The notes under the pieces were generated by a model. That model ran no database searches, was not told the origin of the DNA, and saw nothing but the letters and a program-made list of their open reading frames with translations. Below are positions 1-11,506 of a DNA stretch of 64,000 nucleotides, one piece after another (position 1 is the stretch's first letter; every line of letters begins with the position of its first letter). This DNA is from Emiliania huxleyi CCMP1516 (lineage: Eukaryota). The stretch lies in contig NW_005201392.1 in the NCBI RefSeq assembly GCF_000372725.1, positions 475,660 through 539,659 on the forward strand. The letters are read 5' to 3'. The translations under genes were made by a program, and so were the position numbers.

Positions 1-1420
1 GCACAAACTCAGGGCCATGCCCACGACAGACTGGGCGCATATGGCACGCAGAGACCGATTGCAGCTTTGTAGCCCGTGTCTCGTCACGACTCCGCCCTCC
101 CCTTCCCTCGCCTCGCTTTCCGCCGCTTCCCCTTCTTTGGCGCCTACGTGGAGATCGCCGAGATCGCCCCTTTCGCCGAGAGAAGCGGGGGGAGGGCAGG
201 CCACGGTGCACACCTCTCTCCTCCCGACTAGTCCTGGGTCATCTGGACGCTCCTCGGCTCATCTAGGCCAATCTCGAGGAAGGAGCAGCTCGTCTCTCGC
301 CCGAGATACAACCGAGATACAGCCGAGATACAATCTCGAGGAAGGAGAAGCTCGCGTCTCTCGCCCGCGTCGACCACTCACGGTCTACCCTCGACTGTAT
401 CTCGGCTGTATCTCGGCTCCGCTCAGCTCCTCTCGGCTCCTCTCGGCTCCTCTCGACTCCTCTCGGCTCCTCTCGGCTCCTCTCGGCTCCTCTCGGCGCA
501 CCTCCTCGGCGTCATCGCCGCCGCTCTTCTTGGGCTGCACCGCCTGTCCACGCCAATGCGGTCTGATTAGACGCAGCCCACACACCGCGCGCCCTTCCCC
601 CCTGCTCTGACGCCGTCGCCTTCTCCTCCTCCGCCGCCTCGCCCGCCGCAGCCTTGTCCTCGGCTGCCTCGCCACTACCTCTCGCCGCGCCTGTGAACAG
701 CGTCTCTTCACGGCTGGTGTGAGTGGGCGATGCTTCGCTCTCCCCGCGCCCTGCGCACCCGCGCCGCCGCCCGCGGCGGCTTCCGCCCCCTTGCCGCCGC
801 CCTCGCTGCCGCCCTCCTCCTCCTCCTCCTCCTCCTCCTCTCCCTTTCCTTTCGCCTTGCCCTTGCCCTTGCCCCGCTTCCTTCCCATGCCCTTCCCGCC
901 CTTGGCCACCCGAACCGCCGGCTTGGCCGCCGGCTTGGCCTCCCCCTCGGCGCCAGCCTGCAGGGCAAGGCGAGGCGCGAGTCCACACCCTAACCCTGAC
1001 CCTGACCCTGACCCTAACCCCAACCCTACACGGGTGGTCTGTTTGGTGGCGCGCTAGGTGGTTGGGGCGAGGAAGTGGTGCGGGGCTAGGGCCAGCCCAA
1101 CCCGCACTCCACGCCCTGAGACAAGACTCCCCGCGGCGTTGAAGGTGCAAGGGGAGAGAGAGAAGGGTGCGTACGGACGACTGTGCGTGCGGCGCTCTCC
1201 CCGAAGGTGCATGCTGTTGACCAGGTCCTAACTAAGCCGGCGCTCGACGTCGCCTGTCGAGTTCTGTGTCGAGTTGTCCGAGAGTGTCCGAGAGTGTCCG
1301 AGATCAGTCCAAGATCCATCGCAAGCAGCCCGGCACCTTCGGAGGCTTTCGCGGCGGCTCCGAGCCGCGTCCAATGTGGGCGTGCAGCAGCTGGTGGTGC
1401 TCGGCGACCTGTCCACACGG
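1..1420 (-). CDS. Possible multi-exon low-complexity (E/K/G/A-rich) protein running off the window start
   Basis: Charged low-complexity frames (385..1023 and 512..1150, minus) separated by intron-like simple repeats; no domain recognised. Confidence 0.3.
988..1028. repeat. Telomere-like CCCTAA/CCCTGA hexamer tract, probably intronic
   Basis: ccctaaccctgaccctgaccctgaccctaaccccaacccta; a similar tract lies at 20677-20756. Confidence 0.8.
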
Positions 1421-1933
1421 CGCGGTTTGAAGGGCGCCGTTTGTTATGCCGAGCGAGGCCATGGATCTGAGACCTGCCGCTGAAGCTCCGAGAGCTGAAA
1501 GTCGGCGTGGTGGCCGCTGGTGGCCTGAGTGGCGGAGTGGAATGAGAGGCGAGTTTTACAGAGAGGCATCGGTGGGAGAGAAATCAGCCCGAAGGAGCGG
1601 CTGGAGTGCACGAGACCGTGCCTGCTGGAGGAAGAGGAAGCCGACGGCGCCGGTGAGGAACACAAAGCCGCCGACGAGAAGAGCAACGCAGATCGGGAAG
1701 AAGGGAGCAGTGGGAGGCGTGTGCGTCACGACGACTGGCGTCGAAGCCTTCATCGGAAGTTCAAGCAAAACTTCACAGCGACTCCCGCGAGGACAAAAGA
1801 ATTCTTAAGAGACAAGCCTCTCTCACAGCACACTGGCACGACAAAAGAAGAATTTTACCAGGCTCCCTCGCACAACACTGGGCACGGGACTCCCTAGGGT
1901 GGGCGACGGCTAGCGCATCACACTCCTCTCCTT

Positions 1934-2583
1934 AAAATCCCTGTGTGGTGGCGGCGTGCCGTCCTCCCATCCCTCCCTTGGGCTGTCTGTTTTCTTTCTT
2001 TCTTTCTTTGGGCACGGGACTGGCGCGCACTGGCACTAACACAGAAGAATATCCAGTGCGCACCAGTGTCCCTTCGTCCTTCCAAAATCCTGCTCGTGCA
2101 GGTGGGGATCCTGTCCTCCTCCCCCATCCCTCGTTTGCCTTTTTCTTTTCTTTCTTCTTCGGAGGTGGGGGGGGCGGCGCGGCGCGGCTCCGAGATAGCG
2201 CGAGATGGCCCGAGATTGCGCGGCGCGGCTCGAGATCGACCGAGAGATCGCGCGGTTCTGCAGCACCTCGGCATATCTCGGGCTCGGCGAGGTGGATGGG
2301 TTGGGCCGCAAGTTGGGGGCGAGGGGGCGACAGTGCTCAGTGCGGTAGATCGGTCAGCTCGGGGCGCAAGAGGTGGCCTGTGAGCCATCCGGCTTACTTA
2401 CTCGACCGGCTTACACACACCCTGCGTTCTCGCACATGGTCATGGAGTGCGAGGCACCTCGATCCTGTACCGTGCGTGTTTGTTATGACCCCCCCAATGA
2501 GCTGGATGCACTCGAAGACTCGCTCTACATGTACATGTTGCGCCATGCGGAATCGACCCTATCCAGTGCTCAAGTGCTCAAGG
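1934..2583 (+). mobile_element. Dispersed modular repeat (module W ... terminal module Y)
   Basis: 1934-2010 matches 45894-46000; 2110-2150 matches 54562-54605; 2547-2583 GCGGAATCGACCCTATCCAGTGCTCAAGTGCTCAAGG matches 55359-55395 and 61529-61565. Confidence 0.7.
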
Positions 2584-2996
2584 TAACTCGTCTATGTGGT
2601 CTGTCGCCATCCCAAACTGTAATACGCGAAGCTCAAAATCGCGGCTTTATTTACCGCGAGAGAGCAACATTTAAGTTTTGTTTTAGGTTGTGGATGGAAC
2701 ATTTAAGTGGATCCAAGTCGCGCGCGGCTCCAAAGGAGATTGCCACCTCGAGAACCTCGAGAGACTTTTTTTTTCGCAGAGGGCAAGATTAATACGCGAC
2801 ATACATTAATCTTGCCGCAACAGTAATATTACGCGACAACAGTAATACGACAACAATGAGAGATAGGTGCTTACTAAGCTCTAAGTACGTAGAATGAGAG
2901 CGAGACTCAATGACAACATTTACTACGCGCGACAACATTTACATTTACTACGCGAAGCAGCTCCAAATCGCGACCGCTTTGTCTGGGCAGCCACAT

Positions 2997-4643
2997 ATGC
3001 GGCCGCGAGACTATGCAGTAGTAACGTTGGCGCTCACCATCTGCGTGCACGCCCTCCCTGATTTCCGGCCCGTTGAGAAGCGCGAGGAGGTGAACAGCAA
3101 AATCTTTCCGACAAACGCTGTCGCCGACGCAGATGCGGATCAAGGGGAGAAGCATGAGAGGTACCTGCCCACAGCCAAGGCGACGAAGCCCAAGGCACAC
3201 CAGGCTTTTGGAAAGGTCCCCGCCGTCCGTGGGACGCCCTGCTCCGCTGCTTGCGAAGGCGACCCGAGTGCAGAGGCGTGTGCCTCGTGCTGCCGCTCGG
3301 CGCCGCACGAGATTGATTGGCATTGCGGCGGCGACCAGCCGGTCGGATGCTGCTTGGGCGAGTGGAAAGAGGCGTGCTGGGACGTCGGCTCGGACGAGAA
3401 CAACGGCCACGCCTGCAACCAGTGCGGACCCGCACGACCTGCCTGCTCCGTGAGCAATCCGTGCGCGAGCGACGCCTTTTGCAACTTTGACAACGGCGAC
3501 AGCGGCTTCTGCGAGGCGTGCTCTGATTGCACGAGCGCCGGATCCACGTGCGACACGTGCGGACTGCCCGCTGCCGGCGCGAGCGACTGCAACAGCGCGT
3601 GCGAGCCAGCCAGCTCCAGACCGACGGCCACCTGCGTTTCCAGCATCTGCAGCTGCGAATGCACGCTTCATGCTACAGCGATTCTTGATCCTGATGAGTT
3701 CTTTACGGATAATTTTGCGGAATGCCTTGAGGAGTTCCTTGCCGCACCAGTTTGTGATCCCAACCAGAAGAAGTCCAAGGCATGCGGCAACGGTCGCCGC
3801 CTTGAGGCTGGCGACTACACCCTCTCCCTCGGCCAGGCGCTTGCCGCCGTCGAGGAGCTGGGCGGTGATCTCAACGCGACCGCCACGCACAAGTTCGCCT
3901 TGCTCCGCGAGGAGCAGTGCGACCGCCTAGCCGCCTTTGCCGACGAGGAGGAGAGGGAGGGCCACGCTCATCTTCCCCGCCTGAAGCTGGCGGAACTCGT
4001 TGGGGAGGACGGCGCTAGGCAGCTCTTCGCCTTCTTCAAGGACCACACGGAGGGGGCCCGCATCACCAACATATTCATCCGCAAGATGCGCAGCGATGTT
4101 GGTACCCACCTCAAGCTCCACAAGGACACCGACACCAACATCCTCAAGGTCTACCTGGGCGGCGAGTTTGAGGGCGGGGAGAGCATCGGCGTCAACGAGC
4201 AGAGCGGGCTGCAGGTCTTCCCAAGCACGAAAGGGTCCGGGCTGGGTAGGGAGTCTGTGCCCGGGCGGTGTCCGGTGTGGAGTCTCTCTCTGATCCCACC
4301 TGTGATGTTGGGTGTGAGGTTGTGGCGGCTTCGAACCCAAGGGGGGGAGCTGATCCCACTCAGTAACCAACTCTCAGGGGCAGTAGGTGGGCGAGCTTCA
4401 AGCGCGCTCATCTCGAACGACAAGGCGTCGCTACGCGCGGTCTTCCGCGGGGGGAGCGTCGTCGACGGGTGCGGGACCGCGGCGCAGCCAGCGCTGCGGC
4501 GATGCCTCCGGCTGTTTGCGGCGGGCGGCTTGCTGCGCGCCGAGATGGCGAAAAACTCGTCTCGTCGCACACCAAGGGCTTATGCTCTGGCGAGATGTGA
4601 GGCGCATGCGCCCAGGTGCCAGGAGGGGAGGGGGCATGTGTAA
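2997..4643 (+). CDS. Secreted cysteine-rich protein with a partial 2OG-Fe(II) oxygenase-like domain; 3' end uncertain
   Basis: Signal-like VVTLALTICVHA, Cys-rich repeats, HxD-type motif LKLHKDTD..VYLGGEFEGG; no distal His after ~4245. Confidence 0.55.
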   Translation: MRPRDYAVVTLALTICVHALPDFRPVEKREEVNSKIFPTNAVADADADQGEKHERYLPTAKATKPKAHQAFGKVPAVRGTPCSAACEGDPSAEACASCCRSAPHEIDWHCGGDQPVGCCLGEWKEACWDVGSDENNGHACNQCGPARPACSVSNPCASDAFCNFDNGDSGFCEACSDCTSAGSTCDTCGLPAAGASDCNSACEPASSRPTATCVSSICSCECTLHATAILDPDEFFTDNFAECLEEFLAAPVCDPNQKKSKACGNGRRLEAGDYTLSLGQALAAVEELGGDLNATATHKFALLREEQCDRLAAFADEEEREGHAHLPRLKLAELVGEDGARQLFAFFKDHTEGARITNIFIRKMRSDVGTHLKLHKDTDTNILKVYLGGEFEGGESIGVNEQSGLQVFPSTKGSGLGRESVPGRCPVWSLSLIPPVMLGVRLWRLRTQGGELIPLSNQLSGAVGGRASSALISNDKASLRAVFRGGSVVDGCGTAAQPALRRCLRLFAAGGLLRAEMAKNSSRRTPRAYALARCEAHAPRCQEGRGHV

Positions 4644-4704
4644 CGACGCTGCTAGAGATGCCTTTCGGGGCCCAGAGATAAAACTTCTGATGCCATGCGT
4701 GACC

Positions 4705-4995
4705 TAGTAGTGTCCCCAGCTATGGGCGTGTCCACGTTGGAGCCAGGTGTGGTGTGGGTGCGAGAATAGCTCCGCCGTTCATGGAGGCAACCGATGCGAG
4801 TGTCGACTGGTGTGTGTCGTCGTGGTTTGGTATCAAGAATACTCACTCACTCACTCGGTATCGGGTTGCGGGCAAGAGAGCCCTAGCCCTGGGGGATGCG
4901 CGTTCGCAGGGAAGGTCGCAGGGATGGGCCGTAAAGTAAACACGGTTCTCCGATTAGCTCTGCGCTGCGGGTTTCCCCTAGCAGCGGAACGCCCG
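4705..4995 (+). repeat. Dispersed repeat: module Z followed by the distal part of module X
   Basis: 4705-4840 is an inverted copy of 46198-46347; 4857-4995 matches 16757-16890. Confidence 0.8.
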
Positions 4996-5573
4996 GCGGA
5001 GGCGGCGGAGGCGCTGGATCGGGCCGCTGCCAGCGCGTCTCCCGCGTGCTCGTGTTAATGTAGTAGGCGCTGCCGTCCGGCGCCGTCGCCTCAATCCAGC
5101 CGTCGGCAAGCGGCGGTCAAGCCTGGTCCATGGCCGGGCAGGCGCGCCGCAGGCGAAGCGCTCTCGCGGCCTTGTGCCCTCGTCACGCTCGGCTCGGCTC
5201 GTTCACGGGACCACGTTTACCTGCCCTCACGTGGGCTCCGTTTACCTCTACCTCCGGCGGTCTGAGACAGGCTTACCTTTACCTGAGGCCCCCCACGCCA
5301 GCCCTACCTCTACCTGCGCCCCCGCCGCGCCCCGCCCTCAGAGCCGACACCAACGTGCCAAGCATTGAAGAAAGGAAAAAAGGCTCGCCAAACGCCGTGA
5401 GCGGCGAGGCGGCGCCGCGGAATGCGCCAGTCCGTGCAGAGCGTTTTGTGCACACGCCCGCACAGATCACAGATCACAAAGCCGCAGGCGAAAGGGCGCA
5501 TGTGGCACACGTGCCGGGGGGTGGGGCGCGTGGGGAGGAGTGCAGGAGTCCAGGGGTGGGGTCTGGAGGCGCT

Positions 5574-6941
5574 TCAGCCAAGGCGTGCGGCGCGCGCCAA
5601 GACGTTGAAAGGGAACCAAAAGTGGTCCGAGCCGCCCGACGGGTGCTCGAGCTCCGCCGCCTGCAGCTCCTGCGAGATCTTGCGGATGCGCAGCCCGGCG
5701 CCGCGGTGCCGCTCCTCGAAGTAGTCAACCATGTCCTCGTTCCATTCGACCGCCTCCGAGGCGCCTGGCGCGCGCTGCTCGCACGCCTGCTTGACCTCGC
5801 CCATCTCGCCGCAGATGCGCACCGCCATCTCCGCCTTGAGGTCGGTGTACTTGACGTTCGACGCGGACAGGCGGACCAGCCGCTTCTTTGCGCGCGGCGT
5901 GTCGTCGCAGAACTGCACCTCGCGGAAGGACTGCGCGTAGATGATTGCGCCGCGCGGGTGTCCGAGCAGCAGCGGCTCCTACAGGCTCGGGCGCCACCCC
6001 GCGTGATCTGCGGGCAATCTCGCCCAATCTCGGCCAATCTCGGCCAATCTCGGCGGCTCCTTCTCGACCACGTCGACCAGGAAGGCGCGCGTCATGCGCG
6101 GGAAGCGGATCAGAGAGAGCAGCTGCTCGAGCTCGGCCTCCGACGGAGCGGGCTGCTGGTGGCGCGCCCACGCAACCATCGCCTGGAAGGCCGCGTCCTC
6201 GCTCTCGACGTTCAGGTTCATGTCGGCGAGCAGCGTCGCCAGCCGGGCGTGAGGCAGCGAGAGGAAGAGCGACTCCGGGCTCGACTGCAGCTTCTCAAAA
6301 TCGCGCGTCGCCGACTCCCGCGCGTGCTCCTGCAGCTCGGCGAGGCCAAGCCGCTCGGCGAGCTCCCAGATCGCGAGGCAGTTGGAGGGCTGCAGCCGCT
6401 CCTTGAGCGCCTGTCGCATGCATTCATTCTTCACGACGAGTGACTCCTAGTGGCTGCGCCGCAGCCGTTTGAGCGCCTGGGTGGTCGCGCGCAGCAGGTC
6501 CTCGACCTGGAGCCGCGACGCCGCCTGGAGCAGCTCGGTCAGCATCGTCTCGGGCAGGCCGCACTCGCCGGTGTACATGAACTCGAGCGCCGCGCCGAAT
6601 ACCTCGGGGGACATCCCCTCGAGCTGCGCCGGACCGCCGTTCCGCTCGCGCATCACGACGCCCGCGCCCGAGTAGAGGCCCGCAAAGTAGCCGCTCGCCG
6701 CGGCGAGCACGTTGCGATGCCCGCTGAACGTCTCGGGGTCCACGACAATGGTGCAGTCGCACAGCGTGCCCTGCCGCCACTGCTCCACGAGCTTTGGCGG
6801 GTACCGATGCCCGCCCGAGACGGTCACCTTGAACGCCGCGTCGCGCGAGGGGCCCGCGCCGTCCGGATCGTTGTGCCGCGAGCGCTTCCGCCGGGAGCGG
6901 GAGGAGTCGGACATGTGATTCGGCGGCTTTCTCTTTTTCAT
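5574..6941 (-). CDS. BTB/POZ-BACK protein with a C-terminal Mind-bomb-type SH3-like repeat (about 3 exons)
   Basis: LCDCTIVV..FSGHRNVLAAASGYF..ALEFMYTG (BTB); NCLAIWELAE..LNVESEDAAFQAMVAW..LLSLIRFP (BACK); GC-AG intron 6411-6476 and a second intron at ~5980-6055. Confidence 0.85.
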
Positions 6942-7148
6942 GGTACTCGCAGAGTGTGGGTAAACGAAAGTACCGTATTCGGTACTATCAAGAAAGACGC
7001 CGAAAAAAGTCCGACCATCCACGACGAGCCGAGGGTGGTCGCTTTGCGCGGTGGGTTGCTTGGCTGGAGAGGTTGTTTGGCCGCTCCCTCGTCGCACGTC
7101 GCTCGCGCCTCGATTTCCCTCGACCCCGGCCGTCCCCCCGTTTCCAGC

Positions 7149-7943
7149 ATGCAGGGCGCTGCCCAGGGCGCCACCGCTCAACGCGTGCCGAAGCGCCTCC
7201 TCGATGATGTGTGGCGCGTGCGCGCCACCGACGACGACTGCTGCGCAATCTGCCTGGAGGCCCCGGCGCAGCCGCTGATTTTGCTCTGCGGGCACATGTT
7301 TTGCCTCGACTGCTTCCAGACCTACGCCACGCACGCGCGCGAGTACGACGACGAGTGCACGCGCTGCCCGACCTGTCGGAGCCCGCACGCGCCCCCGCCT
7401 GTCGGCCAGGTCGAGGCGGAGCAGGTCGAGCGCGGCGATGCGCTCTTGGCGCGCGCCATGCGCATGGATCGGAGCCGCCCCAACTTCTTGCCGCTCCTCG
7501 AGGGGGCGACCCGCTTCTACGTCGCGGCGCTGGACTTGCACCCGTACTGCTCGAGGGCGCACGCCATGATCGGGTGGTGCCGGAAGGTCGCAGGAGAGGA
7601 CTCGCTTGACGCGTTCGAGGACTCGGCGCGCGCTTGCCATGGCGCTCTGCCCGCGTTTGCCATCGTGACCCTGTGGAACCAGACGATCCTCGACTGGCTC
7701 GGAGAGAGCGAGAGCGCCCAGCGCATCGAGCTTGTGCGAGCCGGCGTGCGGGCTTGCAGCTGGCCGCAGGCTGTCCAGCGGGAGGCGGCGGGGACGGAGC
7801 TCCCTGTCGCGGAGAACGCCTACCGCAAGGCCTGCAGCGCCTTTGAAGACCTCACCTTGCCTCGGGTGCGCGAGCTGCTCGAGAACTTGCTGGCGGTCTC
7901 TACGCGCGGCGGCTGCGGCAGCAGCAGCGGCGGCGGCGGCGGC

Positions 7944-7976
<33 letters not shown>

Positions 7977-10142
7977 GGCGGCAGCAGCAGCAGCGGCGGC
8001 GGCGGCAGCAGCACTACCACCCTCTCGAGGCAGCACTACCACCGCATGGTCGAGCTGTTTAGCCTCGTCCCGATCTATCTGCCGCTGATCGCAAACATCG
8101 TGCGCAAGCGCATCACCGACGCTGGCCTCGCGCTGGTCAAGAAGCAGTCAGCCAACGCCGAGGGCGACCTGATGGCGTACGTGCAGGAGCTGCTCGACCT
8201 CGACGGCGTGTACAGCGAGATCATCGGCTCGACGCCAGGCGAGGGCTACTTTAACGGCGACGCGACGTTTCTCAAGGCGGCGAGGGAGGCTTTCGAGGTC
8301 TTCGTCAACAAGGACATCGGCATGAGCGCCACCGCCGAGCTGCTCTCCACCTTCTGCGACAACCTGCTCAAAAAGTCGGGCGGCGGAGGCGGCGGCGGAG
8401 GCGGTGGCGGCGCAGGTGGCGCAGCTCCCCCCGCGGGGCTGAGCGCTGCCGAGGAGGCGGCTGCCGATCGGCACCTCTCTTCGGACCCCGAGCTGCGGCG
8501 GCTGTACCAGTCGGTGGTGGGTGGCGGGGCGCTCTCCACCGCCGACTTTTGGGCGCAGCGACGCGGGCTGCTGCGGGCGGCGATGCAGCGCGAGGGCCTC
8601 TCGACCCGGCGGCAGCAGCCCACCGACGCGGAGAGCTCGGCCGCCACGGCCGCCGCCGCGGGGTGCGAGCAGCCGGAGGCGAACGCCGCGACGGTGGCCT
8701 TCACGCTCACGCCGGCGATGATCGCGCGCATCTTTGAAAAGTACCCGAGGGTGCAGCGCTCGTTCCTCGACAATGTGCCGCACAACCTGTCGGAAGGCGC
8801 GTTCTGGCACCGCTACTTTCGGTCGCACGCAAAGAGGGAGGCGAGGCTCCGCGCCTCAGAGGCGCGCTTCCGCCGACCGAACCCTCCCCCTCCCCCCCCC
8901 ACACCACCACCACCACCACCACCACCCACAGCCCGCCCTGCCCTCCCTGCCGCCACCTAGCCCACCGCCACCAGTCCAACCCCCACCCTCGCCGCCCCCA
9001 CCATGCCCACCGCCGCCGTCGCTGCCGCCTCCATCACCGCCCCCCCCCCCCCCCTCGCCGCCGCCCCCGTCCCCCCCTCCGAGTAGCTCTCGGACGAGGC
9101 GCTCGAGGACAAGCTCGAGAAGGTGGTGCGGCTCTTTGGCTACCTGTCCGACAAGGACATCTTCGTCGAGTTCTACAGGAAGCAGCTCGCGAAGCGGCTG
9201 CTCCTGGCGCGCTCAGTGGGCGCCAGCGCAGAGCGCTCGATGATCGCCAAGCTCAAGCTGCGGTGCGGCGCGCAGTTCACCTCGAAGCTGGAGGGCATGG
9301 TGACCGACATGAACCTGTCGCAGGACATCCAGTCCGCCTTCGCCGAGCACGTCAAGGACAAGGAGCTCGAGCTCGACACCGACCTGACGGTGCAGGTGCT
9401 CACCACCGGCTTCTGGCCACAGTACAAGTCGGACGAGCTCAAGCTGCCAAAGGAGATGCTGCAGTGCGTCGAGACCTTCAAGGCCTTTTACGACTCGCAC
9501 ACCTCGCACCGCCGGCTGCGGTGGGTGCACTCGCTGGGCTCGGCGACCGTGGTGGGCAAGTTCACGGCCTCGGGGAAGAGCAAGGAGCACGACCTGCTCG
9601 TCTCCACCTACCAGGCCTGCATCCTGCTGCTCTTCAACGAGGCGGACTCGATGACCTTCTCCGACATCCAGGGCCACCTCAACCTGCCCGCCGAGGAGCT
9701 CAAGCGCTACGTGCTCTCGCTCTGCGGCGGCAAGTACAAGATCCTGACCAAGGACCCGGCCGGCAGGGAGGTCGCGCCGACCGACACGCTGAGCTGCAAC
9801 GCCACCTTCTCCGACCGCCACCAGCGGATCAAGGTGCCGATGATCGCCCCCAAGATGACGCAGGAGGAGAAGGACGCGGCGCTGAAGCAGGCGGAGCTGG
9901 AGCGCAAGCATGTCGTCGAGTGGGCGATCATCAAGGTGATGATGCGCGAGAAGCGGGTGGAGCACGAGGATCTGGCTGAGCAGGCGCAGGCCTGGATCAG
10001 AACGAGGCCAAGCACGGGCTTTCACATGGCGAGGGATTACTTCGACGCGATGGTCGTGGACCTCATCCGCCGGGAGTACCTGGAGCCCGAGGCTCCCGAG
10101 CGTCCTCCCGGGAGTGGCAGCTTCTACAAGTACCTAGCTTGA
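7149..10142 (+). CDS. Chimeric RING - partial cullin (CUL1-like) - BSD - cullin C-terminus protein
   Basis: C3HC4 RING (CAIC..CGHMFCLDC..CPTC); AREAFEVFVNK..AELLSTFCDNLLKK; TFIIH p62-like BSD motifs; LFGYLSDKDIFVEFYRKQLAKRLL..FTSKLEGMVTDM..VLTTGFWP..YKYLA; GC-AG intron 8862-9086 keeps the frame. Confidence 0.8.
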
Positions 10143-10432
10143 TGGCTCCAGCGGTGGCCTGACTGACTGAGCATTACGATCCGTCCGGACAGCATTCGCC
10201 GCTGACGTACGTCACGTCGAGACGGTGGAGGTCGAGGGCCTCGCGTACGAAGTTGTGGACGGATCCGATCTGTGACGTACGATCCCGTATATACGTGCAT
10301 GACGGAAATCGCTTGGCGTAGATTTCCGCGGTTTTTTGTGTATCATATCGATTACCCGCACAATTCAAAACGCTTTCTCGTCCCTCTTTCTCGTCCCCGA
10401 CTATTCTTGACCGCGAGAAAGCGTTTTGCCAC

Positions 10433-10702
10433 GACCCGCTTTGCGCCGCCGCCCTCAACGCCCGATACCGGTTAGAGCCGGCGGAGCGACGGCGGCCCAA
10501 AGGTGCGGCCGCCGGCGACCTCACACGGCGTCAAGCGCCGTAGAGACGGCCTCGAGAGCCGCCACCAGGTGTGCCACGACCGCGGCCGCGAGGCTCGTGG
10601 CGATGGGTGCGCCAGACCCGCTTTGCGCCGCCGCCCTCAACGCCCGATACTCGATCAGAGCCGGTGGGGCGACGGCGGCAGAGTTGCGGCCGCCGGCGAC
10701 CT
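10433..10702. repeat. Local ~88-bp imperfect direct repeat
   Basis: gacccgctttgcgccgccgccctcaacgcccgatac... at 10433-10520 and 10616-10702. Confidence 0.75.
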
Positions 10703-11506
10703 TCCCCTCGACCACGCCGCCGACCCGTCGACAAGCACGCGTGGACTGCCATCGAGAAGAAGGAGAAGGAGGGCGGCGCATCCGGAGCCCGCGGGCGCGG
10801 CGTGGGCGGGCGCGGGCGCGGGCGGGCGCGCGGGAACCCCGCCAGCGGAGGCGGCAATGCCTCTGGCGCTCTGGCGGCTCTGCAGGCGGCGCGCGGCGCG
10901 CCCCTCGCCGGTCTCCCGCACGCTCCTGAGGGCCGAGAGGGCCGAGAGGCGGGGTCGGTGACCCGGGGGCATGGGCGGTGCGGCCCGCGCCGCGCGCGGG
11001 CGCGTAGCAGCCCGTGAGGGCCGAGATCGGGTCTGTGCTTCGACGTAGCATGGGCCCCCGGAGGCCCATCTACAGCAGCGGCGAAGTGAGCGTGTTTGTG
11101 GTGTTGGTGTGCCGTCTGAGCTTGGATCTGTGACTAAAGCCGCTTACCACTGATGGATCCCCACCCGAATAACACACAGTGAGCGCCCCAGCACTTCACT
11201 ACGCCCTCCGCGCGAAATCGCTAGTGGTGCTTTGTGGCAGCACATTGTGCTTTGTGGCAGGCAGCACGGGTGCGGTGCCCGAGCGAGACCGCCCTCACGG
11301 CCGCCTGCCCGGTGCGCACCAGGCCGAGATGAAGAAGCACGTGGAGCAGATCCATGCGCCTGACCCTCAAACGAGCCCCCCCCAGGGTTAGCTATCCAGC
11401 CCGCAGCCCGTCCCGAGCATCTGTCACCGACAGTGCACAGCTTTTGCCCCGCCGCATTTCGCCCGCCGCAAAAAGGGGGCGACGGCGGGCGCGGCCCTCG
11501 CCGACA

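Noticed and set aside
988..1028. True telomere or chromosome end
   Set aside because: Short, degenerate and internal; it behaves like intron filler, as at 20677-20756.
5130..6443. Long antisense or shifted ORFs (5130..6443 +, 17916..19421 -, 48114..49655 -, 49962..51644 - and similar)
   Set aside because: Shadow frames of GC-rich genes; R/A/P-rich with no recognisable domains.
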